A stretch of 64,000 nt of DNA. It comes from Octopus vulgaris (taxonomy: Eukaryota). Under the pieces are notes generated by a model, which saw only the letters and a program-made list of their open reading frames with translations, searched no databases and was not told where the DNA came from. The stretch spans positions 107,508,001 through 107,572,000 of the forward strand of contig OX597816.1 in assembly GCA_951406725.2 (NCBI GenBank). Reading direction: 5' to 3'. The position numbers were made by a program, and so were the translations under genes. Positions 1-13,667 of the stretch are shown here, piece after piece. Numbering within the stretch: position 1 is the first letter of the stretch; each line of letters opens with the position of its first letter.

Positions 1-784
1 TTCCCCGTGTGTCACCCTTGTAGCTCATTCTGCCAATTCACTGACTTCAACGTATTTCATAACTATAACTGATCCACCTTCAAGACTGACAATGTTGCTT
101 CTACAATAGTATATAGATACAATCCTAATAACGACCGACTATGCAGCAGCAATGGCTACTGTATAACGAGTATCTTAATAACATAAAACAGTTTGCAGAT
201 CGTACATGATTTTTATGAATGTACTGTAGTTATAGAACTGTAAGTAGCAACATTAAACTCAATGACGTAGAACATGGATATAAGAAAGAGTATTTTCTTC
301 TGTAAAACACATTAAGTCGAAATATAAAATCCGTTTATTGTCATGAATCCAAAGTACTAGTTTTTCAAAGCTCATGAGACTAATAGTTTGAAGGTATATT
401 TAATTTAGATATACAATTAAATGATGTCTTATGTTTAAACATTTAATACAATATATAATAATGTTTTAAAATTTCGTAACATAAGCAGAAGCACTCAAAT
501 TTTAGAGGAGGATATAGACGATAGTGATTCTGAATAGTATCTTATTTTATCAACCCCAGATGACTAAAAGACAAAGCCGGCTCTGGTTGGGTTTCAAACC
601 AGAACGTAATTGGCGGTAACTGAATACGACGTCGTTTTGTCTAACGCTGTAACATTTCTGTCAATCCGCAAAATATTGATTTTCAATATTGGAAAGCAAG
701 GTGGCGAGCTGAATCGTTATCACGCTTAGTATCATTTTTTTCCGTTTCTACGTTCTGAATGCAAATTCCGCTGAGATCGACTTG

Positions 785-990
785 GTGCCTGTGAGGATGG
801 TGGTGTTAGAGAGTTAGGGGCAAGTGCAGCAGCGTGTACGGGAGCAGGGGAGCGAGCCAGGCTGGAGAAATGGGGTTCAGGAAGAAACTGTGGACCAGGA
901 GGACATGTAGGTTGTGGGCTCATTTGAAGGTAGGAAGGGGTAGGCTGGAGAAGATGTGCGAGGTGGAGGGGTTGTTTTATAGATCCCTTC
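785..990 (-). mobile_element. Penelope-like element fragment (RT-endonuclease linker), inserted in a tRNA-derived SINE
   Basis: Minus-strand frames give SIKQPLHLAHLL and PGSLPCSRTRCCTCP*LSNTTILTG. The latter matches TCSYLSNTIILTG just upstream of the GIY-YIG domain at ~4080-4120. SINE halves lie at ~700-782 and ~991-1090. Confidence 0.65.
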
Positions 991-2049
991 AAGATCTATA
1001 AAACAAGTACCAGTTAAGCATTGAGGTCGATATAGTCAACTTACCTATTTCCCCGAAATTACTGGCCTTGTACCGAAATTTGAAATCAATACTGGAAGAA
1101 CACACATTTAGAGGAAAGGTTAGTACTTCAATTCGGCTGCAATACTTGGCTGGTACCTTATTTTATCCACTGCAAATTTCACGTCTGTAAAATTTGAACT
1201 CGAACCGCATGAGACTAATTCATATTGGCAAATGCTGAAGACAAAAAATTTAAGCTCTTGGACAATCCACTTCTCATTACTTTGACCTCTGTTATTTGAG
1301 ACAAACCAACGAAAGAGTTTCAGTATGGTGGTCATACGACCTACAATAAATGGTAGCCAAATATACTCGCATCCTACATTGCAATTTTGGAAAAGGAAAT
1401 ACATATGGGTAACCTGTTCTTAGATGCATAATTTCTGAAAATATGTTAGGTTAGCCGCTGCTGGAATGTCTGTGAACATAAGTTTGATCATTAAGAGCCC
1501 CCATGAGGCTAAACGAAACCAAGGACAATACGGGTTATTATATGCTCTCAGAGCAAAAAAAGACAGTTATCTGTATTTCACACTCAAGAAAATTTGTAGG
1601 TGGCAAGAAATTTAGTTGCCACGAGGAATAGACTCCACTAACAACAAAGTGCCATTTCAACCCATCTATTACATCGATTACCCCTTCCTTTCTTAGACAC
1701 CCTCCTTCACTACCAACATCTTTCATTCATTGTCATATATTTTCTGCCTTTACTCTTTAACTTTTTCCAGTTAAGTTAATCCCTCCATTTTGTCCTCTCT
1801 ACTGGCTCATTACCGAATCATAATGAGTAAGAATTATTGCCCGAAACGTCAGATTTCCCCACTCTTCACGAAAATAAATTGTCATTCATAAATTATTCTG
1901 GATTTAATTGCTATTGTTGTTGATACACATGATCATCAGTTACTGCGGATCCGGATTTAAAGGGAGATACAGAAAAATTGATAGCTAGTTAATATACCGA
2001 TTTGTATCTCTATATATATATATAAATATATATTGAGAGGTGAATATTC

Positions 2050-2422
2050 TTTACTACTCTAGGCACAAGGCACAAAATTTTGGGGAGTGAGCCAGTCGAT
2101 TAGATCGACCCCCAGTACGCAAATGGTACTTAATTTATCAACCTCGAAAGGATGAAAGGCAAAGTCGAACTTAGAACTTAAAGACATAAGAAATACTTAT
2201 TTCTTTACTGCCCACAAGGGGCTAAACACAGAGGGGACAAACAAGGATAGACAAACGGATTAAGTCGATTATATCGACTCCAGTACGTAACTGGTACTTA
2301 TTTAATCGAAAGGATGAAAGACAACGTTGACCTCGGTGGAATTTGAAATCAGAACGTAGCGGCAGACGAAATACCGCTAAGCATTTCGCCCGGCGTGATA
2401 ACGATTCTGCCAGGTCGCCGCC
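2050..2422 (-). mobile_element. Octopus-type tRNA-derived SINE, family A (one full copy plus one partial copy)
   Basis: Reverse complement of GGCGGCGAGCTGGCAGAA...TTCAAATTCCGCCGAGGTCGACTTTGCCTTTCATCCTTTCG...GTACCAGT...GGGGTCGAT, which recurs many times in the window. Confidence 0.8.
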
Positions 2423-2800
2423 TTTGGGAAATATGAAATTACAGTATCGTTCATGCTCAGACGGAGCTAATTTACGTAATAATAACCTTACTTTTTCTTC
2501 GTCTGACCATGTTTTGCAATCTTCCTTAAAAATCTCCTCGTACCTTCTATAGTCCGCTGCAAAAGTTATACCCTTTTCTGGGTTAAAACTGAATTCTGTT
2601 ACGGAGTTTGATACGCCGTCTGGCGAAAACGAACTTACTGCATTTTCGGACTTTGTGTATGGCTCCAATAATTGTTGTTGTTGAAGTTGTTGCTGTACTA
2701 GTTACTTCTGCGACTCCTGTTGCTGTTCTTGTTGCTTTTGCAACTGTATTATAGACGCTAATAGGTCTTCCACCATTTAACACGTTGTATCACGAACGAA
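2423..2800 (-). mobile_element. Gypsy-type LTR retrotransposon gag remnant, truncated by a SINE
   Basis: FSPDGVSNSVTEFSFNPEKGITFAADYRRYEEIFKEDCKTWSDEEKVRLLLRKLAPSEHERYCNFIFPK is preceded by a CAA-rich poly-Q tract and lies directly downstream of an LTR and PBS. Confidence 0.75.
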
Positions 2801-2843
2801 TTGTTAAATAACCTACGTGAGCTTCGAAACCCTCGTTGCTAGA

Positions 2844-3148
2844 TGTTGTATCCTCCGTCTCCAATGTCGTGATACCGCCACGATATTGTGACAGATGGTT
2901 TAGATACACTGCACCATCTGCCACAATATCGTAGTAACAGTAAGCAAGATAATGATGCAGCCGTAATAACAACGTGACAATCCAACAATCTCTTCACGAA
3001 CCAACAGCCGCCATTCCAAACGAACTGACCCACCGACAACCGACTTCACTGCGAAATTAAACTTACACACAAACTTCACACCGACCGTTACTATTTATAA
3101 TCGCTTAGTCCAGTCTATCGTAAGGGAGCGTCGTGACTCATCACAACA
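2844..3148 (-). mobile_element. 5' LTR of the Gypsy element, with adjacent PBS (2831-2841)
   Basis: TGTTG...CAACA termini, an internal TATAAATA, and a following TAGCAACGAGG that resembles a TGGCGACGAGG primer-binding site. Confidence 0.7.
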
Positions 3149-3176
3149 CACACACACACACACATACATATACAAG

Positions 3177-3630
3177 TAGAATTTTGGTTAGTTGAAATAT
3201 GTTTGTCACATATTTCAACTGCTAAAAGGCAAATACACTGCAGTTACCGTGGAGAAGAAATCTCTCTTATGGTAAAAAGATGTGAAAATACTCAGTTCGT
3301 TCAGTGTCGCCAGATGTTTCGAGTTTTTTGACTCGTGTCAATGAGATGTACTTAAGAAAGGCAACTTGAATGAACTTAATAAAGCTCTAGCTTTATACAT
3401 AATTCAGTCAACACGTTGGCTGATTTGTGCTATGGCTGATTTATGCTAGTAGATCATCCGATCAAGGTAAATAACGAAGCATTGGTGCAAAGCAGTGTTT
3501 AGGTATGAGAAGAATTTTGGTTAGATGAAATATGCTTGTCACATATTCGAACTGCTAAAAGTTACCGTAGAGAAAAATTTCTCTTATGGTAAAAAGGTGT
3601 GAAAACACCCAGTTCGTTCAGTATCGCCAT
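3177..3630. repeat. Diverged direct repeat pair (~3177-3312 and ~3510-3630) beside the Penelope endonuclease; possible pLTR remnant
   Basis: Both copies share AGAATTTTGGTTAG.TGAAATATG.TTGTCACATATT...CTGCTAAAA...GTTACCGT...CTCTTATGGTAAAAAG.TGTGAAAA...CAGTTCGTTCAGT.TCGCCA. Confidence 0.6.
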
Positions 3631-3739
3631 CGAAACGTTGCTGTCTGAGATTCCTAACAGATAGCATCGATGAAGAGAGAAGGTGGGTAGGATTGAAGAG
3701 AGAAAGTAGGTGGCAGAGGAAGAGAGGAGAGGAGGGGAG

Positions 3740-4119
3740 TTAAATGAAGAACGGAGGGGAGTTGAGCCCATTTGGCGTAAAGGAGCCAAGAGAGAAGATT
3801 GATCCTTGTTCACGGTGAAGGCAGAATTCCAGATAGCCCCTATGCAAAGACAGTTCGAATACAGATAGGTGTTGTAGTGAATGACCATTAGAGCGGAAAT
3901 AGTGCGAGACCGGGGTATCATTGCCGAGTCTGATGTCTTGGAGGTGCTCCTCGAACCGGTCAGCCAAGCAGTGTCCTGTTTGACCGATGTACAGAGAAGG
4001 GCAGGAAGAGCAGGAGATGCAGTAAATGACGTTGCGAGAACTGCAGATAAAAGTCGGTGATATGACAGGGACGATGATGAGTGCCAGTGAGGATAATGGT
4101 GTTGGAGAGGTAGGAGCAA

Positions 4120-4120
<1 letters not shown>
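3740..4120 (-). mobile_element. Penelope-like element C-terminal GIY-YIG endonuclease remnant, 5'-truncated at a (TA)n tract
   Basis: TFICSSRNVIYCISCSSCPSLYIGQTGHCLADRFEEH...PVSHYF...HREQGSIFSLGSFTPNGLN carries the VIY-CxxC-YIGQT-R..EH and terminal P.GLN motifs. Confidence 0.9.
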
Positions 4121-4173
<53 letters not shown>

Positions 4174-4429
4174 ATATATGTTCCCACATATATACACACA
4201 CATATATTTTCCTAGGTTTATATACTTAAATGTATGTAGACCGCTTAGTACAGAGCGCATTTATAATATATATAAATATATATCTAATTTTAGCTTGGCT
4301 TAGAGCAATCACTATAATTACTTATCAAACGGCGGTGCATTCAAGCAAAAAATGGAAAATGTAGAGCAGTGCAAGATGAACTGGATCTAATTTAACATGT
4401 AGGTTAACTATGTACCTCTTCGAGTCATA

Positions 4430-4794
<365 letters not shown>

Positions 4795-7240
4795 TACATC
4801 ATATTTTTTTAAGGCGGTGCCCCAGTATGGCCACAGTCTTATGACTGAAACAAATAAAATATAAAAGATAAACACACACACACACATACACACACATACA
4901 CACACATATAAATATATACTTGCACAAATACACACACACACACACAGACATCTACAATTATTTCTCAAATTACATCAGCAATGAATATTCGAACTAGAAA
5001 TTTACAAGTGCACATGAACTGCAATATAACTCAATATAATCCAGTGCTGTATAAACTCAATATGATATGTAGGTTAAGTGGTAAAAAGAAAAGAAACCTA
5101 TCTCGAGGCATATTTCAAATTATAATGTACATTTTTCTCACCTGGACTTACTGCACTCACTGATATGTGTCCCGAAGCAGCCTCAACCAATAAAAAGAGA
5201 CATAAGAGAGGATTTGAATATATCCACACTCTCTACACACAAGATCAAATCTCACAGGACGTACACAAACTGGAGTAGATCGTAAAGTTACTGACATAAT
5301 TGTTTCTTAACATACATAAGGAATGTCAATTTATTATCTTTAAAATAATGCCATTGCTTTGTAGTAAATAAGTATATGTGTTGAAAGAAAATCAATATCA
5401 TGAATTTTCGTTAAGTAAGCAAGCTGAACATTTATAAATTTGTTATGTCGCTGAATATAACTTATTGCCACTTTTCAAAGATGTCTCATTCATCAATATT
5501 AGAATATAGGTAAATTTGAACATATAAAATTTATCAAGTAGAACACATTTAATAAATATTCTAATCAATTGTATAAAATACATAATGAGCCAATCAATTA
5601 TGCAAATTTGATAATGATGCACCATAGGTTATTAATTTATCCCGTATAAACAATAGAATTAATTTACTTTAAATTAATGATACTTAAAGTCCTCAAACAT
5701 CAAATATAATTTCATCATAAGCGTACTAACAGAAATAGATTATTATGATTCCTTTACGCCTATTTATATGTTAATTTCATTAACAAAAAATAAAGGTTTT
5801 TGATCATAAAAATTTAAAGCAATAAATTTCGATTCACTGTGCCGTACTTTCCTCCACGTGTATAAAAAAGTGGTCAACCATTTCACATTTTCAAGGCACT
5901 TCTCTATTGCCTCTTTCAGGGCAACCTCCATCTTGTAAAAAGACGTGGACAACGTCCCTGTATACCACCGTCCCTGTATACCACCGTCCTCTTCGCCACG
6001 TTGTTTATCAGTTCTTCTGGAGGAGTCAGCTTTAGACTGGCTCATTCCTTTTCTAGCAATTTGTTTGCTTCCTTCCATTTTCTTGGCTCAATATTTATTT
6101 CCCGTACTTCAGGTGTGTTGTCATTTATACCTTGGCTTGTTGCCGCTGCGTAAATTTATCCACTCTCCATCTTTCTTTCTTTCTCCACTTCTCCCATAGA
6201 TGGGGGATAAACTGATTCAAATAACATGCAAACAAAACAGTGACGAAAATTCAACAATTTAAACAATTTAATAAATCGTGGTACACCCACACGGGGAGAC
6301 CTTCAACAAATATATAACAACGTGTAACAATTCGAACTCACGTTAAAGAAATCACTACTAATGCCCAAAAATGGCGAGCCGACTCTTTCTCCACAATCTC
6401 TGCGTATGCCAGTTTATATTGTGGTACAGTCCATTAGGAGCCAACCAAATAAGAGTGTTCTACTTCCACACAACAGTAGTGAAGAAGTAGATCGTTCATG
6501 TTGCATAAAATAAAAGTAGAGCAGATTCTGTAACGGAAGGTCTTGAAAATTTCGTGCAACTCGTTCGTATCCATTTGTTGGGCGTTTTTGACTTTCTAGT
6601 GAAGTTTAAACAAACATCAAGCAATTGTTCACTGGGTAACGGTTAGTTCTGCTAAAAGTCGAGTTGTTTTGTATGAGACTACTTTAATAATGGCTCCCAA
6701 ATGGTCACTGTCTATTATATCTATGAACTTCCTCATCATCAAGGGCTTTGGTCCCGCTTACAAAAGTTTTAGAATAAATACTTTACTGTTGGTACTCTAA
6801 CCAAATGTTTATTTGATATTGAGAGCCCTCTCCACTGCTTTGCGGTACAAAAAGCTGTTGAAATTTGCTTTCCCCATCTTCAGTTTGATAGACTAAACCA
6901 TACAATGTCGAAGAATGAAGCCAAAACAATTAGCATAACTCAAAAGACATGTTTCTAAATGGTTTACAATACTAACATAGTTAAAAAAAATGTTTATTCC
7001 AAAATAAGCATCAACTTATAGAATTATAAAACCCGCAATTATTTTCGTACTTAGCTTCCCAAGAAATTCCTAAATTCACAATTATTTTATTCTCCTTTGA
7101 TAAGCGCCCCGTTGCAATGAAATAGTCGCCTCGCCGCTATGAAATAGTTACATCATTGTAAGGAAAATGCATTTGTACGTTGGATTGTACTTAGGTGATT
7201 ATTTTATAACTTGTTTCTGAAATCCTTCAATGTGAGCAAA

Positions 7241-7460
<220 letters not shown>

Positions 7461-7599
7461 TCATATGTATGCACATACACACGCACGCGCGCATATCTCT
7501 CCCTCCTCCCTCTCTCTGTATCTCTCTCTCTATATATATGTAAACCAATGTCTTAATTATTTTCTCGATAACTAACGAGTAGTGCTAAAGTTGGATTAA

Positions 7600-8450
7600 A
7601 ATATATCCTTTGAGGGAACTTGTAACAAGTTCCCCACATTATCAAGGATTATAACACCAGTATAAAATACGACGCATGGAGCTTTCCGTATACAATAAGT
7701 AGTGTCCTACAATGTACTTGCTGTACCAGTATTGATGTCAACATTTACACGTTATTCTATGGACGACTCCATATATAGATGAATCCAGATTATTAATGTT
7801 AAAACATGAGAACCTTTAATCTACCCCAGAATTTCCACATCTACTTAAAAAGCAACAAGGTGTCGGATACTTATCGATTGAAACAGCATTTGAATATCGT
7901 CTTGCCCCTTCATAAGCATTTCTTATCCACCAAGTGTTGAAGTTGCTTCATGTATTCAGACAGCCTGAATACATGAAATAGATGAATGAGAAGGGAAAGG
8001 AACATTTCTAATAGTATTCCCTGACTGATGAGCTAAGGAACTCATATTGGGAAGTTGCATGATTCTACAACACGCGGTCATGAGAAGAAAATCTGTATGC
8101 ATGTCAGTAGAAGGTCACGCGTAACTATGTAGTCAGGAAGCTTTAAATTAGCTGCATAGATAATCAATAATATTATCTTGAATTAACCACCAGGATAACT
8201 CACAGTTTGATGGGTGTGCTTTTGCAATACAAGAATAAGAAATAACAAAATCCCAGATGTATAAAATGGATAAGATGCAGATAAAACATCTAGATGTAGA
8301 TTCCTCAGAATTAATTCTATAGACGACAATTATTTCAGAAGTGGCTGTCAAAAAATGTCAACTCCATTATATCTATGAATGAGACATATCGTTGTATCCG
8401 AAACATTGTACAATGCAGTACATAGAAAAGAAAAGTCTAAGGGCAGAAAA
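7600..8450 (+). mobile_element. Heavily decayed R4/Dong-type LINE remnant
   Basis: Broken frames give LSIETAFEYRL, QFDGCAFAIQE*EITK and YYL*MRHIVVSETLYNAV, paralleling the better copy at ~21960-22420. Confidence 0.55.
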
Positions 8451-9631
8451 AAACACAGAAGTTACACTGATGTGGATGGGATAACAGTGGTGGGTTTTTC
8501 GTGTCGAGCCGTGCTTACTGCCTGAAGACGTCTTTCAGAGTTCAGTTTGATATGTTTCTCACACATAGTCTTCACGGAGAATATCTTCTCCAAGGCAAAT
8601 ACTGGAGCTAATGCTGTCCCACGTTTCAGTGTACACAAGTGCGTTAAATAGAAATGTACTCAGCTTTATTTTAATCATCACTTCTAGATGTACTTAGTAA
8701 TTAATTCCAGCGTGACAATACTTTGCACATGCCAACAAATGTACTTTTTTCTGCTTACATATAAGAACGGAAGTTCTTACTGTGTTATGTATAACTGAAG
8801 CTATTTCTGAAACTGATGAAACGTGAATATGAAGAAACATGCGTCTTACACCGCGTTGATGTCATTCAGAACCCATTTTGGTCTGTTTTTGCACGCACAG
8901 TCTATAAGTTTATAATTGGATCCTGACCCAACACCCTTCAAAAAGACACATCAAGTAGCATTAACTACAAAGTGTTCTCCGTATTTTGTTCCTGAAAATA
9001 TCAAAATTAGAACGCATTTCATCAGAGACCTGGTCCATCAGTATCGACTTGGTGATAAGCCACATACTAAGAAGAAACAACATATACAAATATGTGAATA
9101 ATTTAATTTAAATCAACAGAGATGGAGAGAGAAATGGAAGCTAAGTGTATAAAAGAGAAAGGGATAAAATGGGAAAGATAGACAAAGCGAGGAATGCGCT
9201 GAACAGAAATACATTATTTACAAATCATAACATCAGTCAGGTGCTAAACGTAAAAAAAATGAGAATACATAGAATATAAATAATTCAGAATACAAATGAA
9301 AAAGTATAGATTACATGAGAAAAATGAATTAATCATCCATATTTTGAAGTCGTAGGTCCAGTGTGACCTTTATCAGATGACTAAAAGAAATTAAAGAACT
9401 AGAGAATCATACACATACATACATACATGCATACATACATACATACATACATGCATACATACATACATGCATACATAAATACATACATACATGCATACAT
9501 ACATACATGCATAGATGCATACATATATACACTCATCGATATACATACATATACAGAAAATAAATGCAAATGTAAATACATGCACACATTTTATACCTGT
9601 ATGTGTATTTATATTTCTGTGACTGGATGTT

Positions 9632-9686
<55 letters not shown>

Positions 9687-9751
9687 GTAAATATTTTAAT
9701 GAATTATTGTATATACCTGTACACGAGCATATGTGTATATATATAACGAAT

Positions 9752-10052
9752 AAGGAGTAAATGGAGAGGTAATTATTAAAATTATTTATTAATTATAAAA
9801 TATGACATCTCTGGCAGCTGTTTCTATTCAGAAATCTATAACTGTTAAACGTTTTATAGCCGTTATCTCAACATTTATAGCCATTATCTCAATCAGTATA
9901 TCCTTACTACATCTGAAGAGATTGATCTTATAATGATTTTAATTTTATAAATTAATTATCTAAAGATTTCTGAATCGAAACACATGTGAGAGATGTTGTC
10001 ACATTTTATAATTTATAAATGATTTTATTAATTACCTCTCCCTTTTCTCCTT
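9752..10052. mobile_element. Degenerate fold-back element (arms ~9752-9837 and ~9964-10052) with a decayed hammerhead-like motif
   Basis: The arms are reverse complements. Together they suggest CTGAAGA-TTTCTGAATC-GAAAC-AGCT-GTC-AGAG, but each arm is mutated. Confidence 0.5.
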
Positions 10053-10225
10053 ACTCTTTAAATGTACATATATGAACTACGGTTTATATGGTTACCTTAT
10101 AGTTGATCTTACTAAAGATTGGTAACTAACCTGTATATTAAGTGGATTTATGATCCCTTAATGAGGTTTATTACCTTTACTTGATATATATATATATCCT
10201 CGTCGTCGTAACCGACGGAGTGCTT

Positions 10226-10309
<84 letters not shown>

Positions 10310-10361
10310 AGTTCGAATTTACAGAAAACAAAAGACACAGACAAGCGAAAGAAAAAGTATT

Positions 10362-10465
<104 letters not shown>

Positions 10466-10551
10466 AGTTCGAATTTACAGAAAACAAAAGACACAGACAA
10501 GCGAAAGAAAAAGTATTAGTATCAGTTTGACCTTCGGAAAGAATTGAGAAT

Positions 10552-10587
10552 CTTTGACGTTTCGAGCCTACGCTCTTCGACAGAAAG
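10552..10587 (-). ncRNA. Variant minimal hammerhead-like motif (core CUGUCGA)
   Basis: Minus strand reads CTTT-CTGTCGA-A-GAGC-GTAG-GCTC-GAAAC-GTC-AAAG. Stems I and II pair, but A6 is replaced by U. Confidence 0.45.
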
Positions 10588-10913
10588 GATTGACAGGAAA
10601 AAAGAGGAGAGAACGAAAATAAAACGGAGGGCAAAAAGGTGTAGGGATTAACGGTTGAACATGATGAAAATCAGTAAACTATATATATATATTTCGTTTT
10701 TGGATCTGATTTGCAAGAGTCAAGACTATTGTAAAGGTTGCAAGACGCAACGAAAATTTTAGGAAAATAAAAGTGGAAATTTTACCGGTGAGTGTGTTAC
10801 ATTATAAGGCACAAAAAGAAAATGACTCTCCCCAGACACAAAAGTATATATATATATATATGAAAAAATAAGTCAAAATAGAAAATGCTAAAATAATTTT
10901 ATAAAGAACATTT

Positions 10914-10951
10914 CAGTACCGGTTTCAGTCATTTTGAGACCTTTTCAACTG
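10914..10951 (-). ncRNA. Minimal type I hammerhead ribozyme motif, U3-A8 variant (left arm)
   Basis: Exact reverse complement of 11207-11244. Confidence 0.65.
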
Positions 10952-11206
10952 TAACGATTAAATAATTAAATTTAGAAAAATTAAAAGAAATGTTTTTTTA
11001 AAGGAATATTTGTATAGTGTTCAAATATAAGTGGCATTTTCTTTGTTTCTGCCTTGCTCTGTCTCTCGACCTCGAACCCACAAGTGTGAACAAGAGAGAC
11101 AGAGCAAGGCAGAAACAAGGAAAATGCCACTTATATTTGAACACTATACAAATATTCCTTAAAAAAATTTCTTTTAATTTTTCTAAATTTAATTATTTAA
11201 TCGTTA

Positions 11207-11244
11207 CAGTTGAAAAGGTCTCAAAATGACTGAAACCGGTACTG
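11207..11244 (+). ncRNA. Minimal type I hammerhead ribozyme motif, U3-A8 variant (right arm)
   Basis: CAG-TTGAAAA-GGTC-TCAAAAT-GACT-GAAA-CCG-GTA-CTG. Stem I is CAG/CTG, stem II is GGTC/GACT, stem III is the palindrome ACCGGT, and the cleavage triplet is GUA. Confidence 0.65.
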
Positions 11245-11329
11245 AAATGTTCTTTATAAAATTATTTTAGCATTTTCTATTTTGACTTATTTTTTCATAT
11301 ATATCAACTCGTGTGTTCCTTTTCATCCT

Positions 11330-11402
<73 letters not shown>

Positions 11403-11506
11403 AAATTAAGGATAAAGTCTTTATAAGAAATTATCAGTAGTTAGCGTGAAAACCTCTAAAAAAAAAATATATATATATATATATGTATAAGTTTCTGTCG
11501 TGTTAA

Positions 11507-12293
11507 GGGGTAAGATCAACAAAAAGGTACTCCATCCCGTGAAAGAGAAATATTTAATGTACACAGTATAAAAATATGAGCTACAAATAGTTTCTTGCTG
11601 AGGAAACTTGCGTCTCGCCAGGTTTTTAAAACACACCGTGTGTCTCCAAGCAATATTGAAGCTCTGAGCACATGGTCTCTTTTTACTTGAAAATCAGGGT
11701 GCTGTTACATGGGGAATTGCGAGAAAAAAAAACATGCCATATGTTAATAGTTCTAAGAAATGCAAGTTATACGCTGCTGAAAGGTCGCATATTCTTTTTA
11801 GATCTATGAATTCCATCAGACTATCGAATTCCATATCCGAATTTTTCAGCAATTGCAAAGATAAGGATAAATTTTTTTGACAAACTGGAAAACCCCACCC
11901 ATCCCGGACTGAGCAGCTGTCGCACAGACCTTGGATCCATCTCCGTTGAATTATTATGCAACAACTAGCTTAATTATGGCTTTACGGTGGAAGGGGACAT
12001 AACTTAATTGTCCTTTTCTTCTTTTTCCGTTTTTTTTTACCACTCCACTTTTTGCATCAACCTTCTTGCCTTTCCTCGTCATTTCTGTTGTACCAGCGTC
12101 CGCTTTTCTACTTTGAATAAACCATGTTCTCAGAGCCTAAAGGTGTTTTGGAGACACAAGGAGTGTTATAAAAAACCTGCCTAGACACATGTTTTCACAA
12201 TAAGAAACTATCAGTAGTTCCTATCCTTTACACTGTGTACATTAAATAATATTTATTTCTCACTGGATGGAGTGCTTTTTTGTTGATCTTATC
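11507..12293. mobile_element. Non-autonomous DNA transposon with ~170-bp degenerate TIRs and TTAA flanks (Kolobok-like)
   Basis: TTAA|GGGGTAAGATCAACAAAAAGGTACTCCATCC... versus ...GGATGGAGTGCTTTTTTGTTGATCTTATC|TTAA. Inverted similarity extends to ~11676 and ~12121. Confidence 0.6.
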
Positions 12294-12375
12294 TTAACGA
12301 AATAGTAATATACATACATACATACATACGTACATACATACATACATACATACATACATACATACATACATACAT

Positions 12376-12422
<47 letters not shown>

Positions 12423-12514
12423 CATTCACACACATGCAAGCGCATTTATTTTGTACTAAATACCTATAAAGTATATGTACAGTATATTATTATTTACTTA
12501 CATTCAATCTTTCT

Positions 12515-13050
12515 CCCCGACGCGTGTTTCAATTTTCAGGCGGAACCTGTTTGTGGCTTGATGTTCGTGTTTGTTTATCTATCATTTGGCATGACTCCTT
12601 TAATTGGTTTCCGCTTCTGATTCTGTTTTCTTACGGCTTTTGAAGCATGTTTTACTGTTTTGAAGTTTTGTGTTTATTTAGTAGAGGTGCAATATTCTAG
12701 TTCATATTTTTCTACTCACTTTCTTTCGATTGTTTTAAATTATTCCTGTCTGTAGTTGCTAAAGTGTTCTTAATGCTATTTATTTGATTCTCGTATAAAT
12801 TCTTTTTAATTTGTTTCTTCTTTGTTAGCTATGATTTGATGGATTTTTTCCCTGCTACTGTGTGGTGATTTTTTTCCAGCTACTGTGTGATAGTTTTATA
12901 TCTTGTTTTGTTGAAATACGTGTATTTATAAACGTTACGAGAAATTCCCAAGCTCACTTACCAAAAATCTTGTAAACAAGCCATATATATCACAAGCTAT
13001 CCAATGATAACAACACAAAAGTTAACTACAGCTGCATAAAGCTTATAGAG
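12515..13050. mobile_element. Decayed Penelope-like remnants in both orientations
   Basis: YHKLSNDNNTKVNYSC-like peptide on + (~12985-13035), a related decayed segment on - (~12870-12925), and a hammerhead 3' half GAAACACGCGTC on - at ~12519-12530. Confidence 0.35.
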
Positions 13051-13667
13051 GGTTCAATAAACACACACACACACGCACACACAAACACACACACACACAT
13101 ATGTACCTACGGTAGAAATTCAAGTTGTAATACACCGCGTTGAAACACTTAGCTTAAATTAACCTTGCAATTAGACAACAAAATGTACCTACTTGTGTGG
13201 TAGTATCTAAAAGGAATCTCTAAAGGAGAAAACTCCAATAATACGAGTCAGTGCAACGTTTGGGACATTAAAAAATTATTCGGTTAGGAGTAACTGTTTT
13301 CTTAAAAACCAATTGATGATAGTAGGGGATATGTTTTGGCCATATACGGTTTTATGAGAAGTATATTTAGCTGAGATAAGATGACAATATTTATAGAAAT
13401 AGAGGGAATATAGAGATGTTGATTATATATATGAACAGTGAGGCTGAGGGTAATAGGTTACGTCATATTTCAAACCTTGCCCAGTCCACTGGTCCAACCC
13501 CTCATAGATGTATTGTATTTCTACGATTTTCAGGCGCGTGTTTTTGTTTGTTTGACTTCGAGTAGTATTGTTTCCTCTTTGTCTCAGATTTTAACTGTAT
13601 CATTTGTCATTTTATCTATTTATATCTTCCTGTATATGCTCTGCACTGTAGATTGATCACACAAGCT

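Larger units (their letters stand above)
10856..11304. mobile_element. Near-perfect fold-back element (~210-bp arms, 26-nt loop) between (TA)n tracts; Penelope pLTR-like
   Basis: 10856-11067 is the reverse complement of 11094-11304 with few differences. Each arm carries a hammerhead motif. Confidence 0.85.

Noticed and set aside
3313-3650. Hammerhead halves: TCTCA-TTGACAC-GAGT..ACTC-GAAAC on - (~3317-3346) and GAAAC-GTTGCT-GTC-TGAGA on + (~3632-3650)
   Set aside because: The halves are on opposite strands and neither forms a complete motif.
5940-6560. Possible LTR retrotransposon end remnant
   Set aside because: Composition is suggestive, but no clear TG...CA termini, PPT or protein motif could be fixed.
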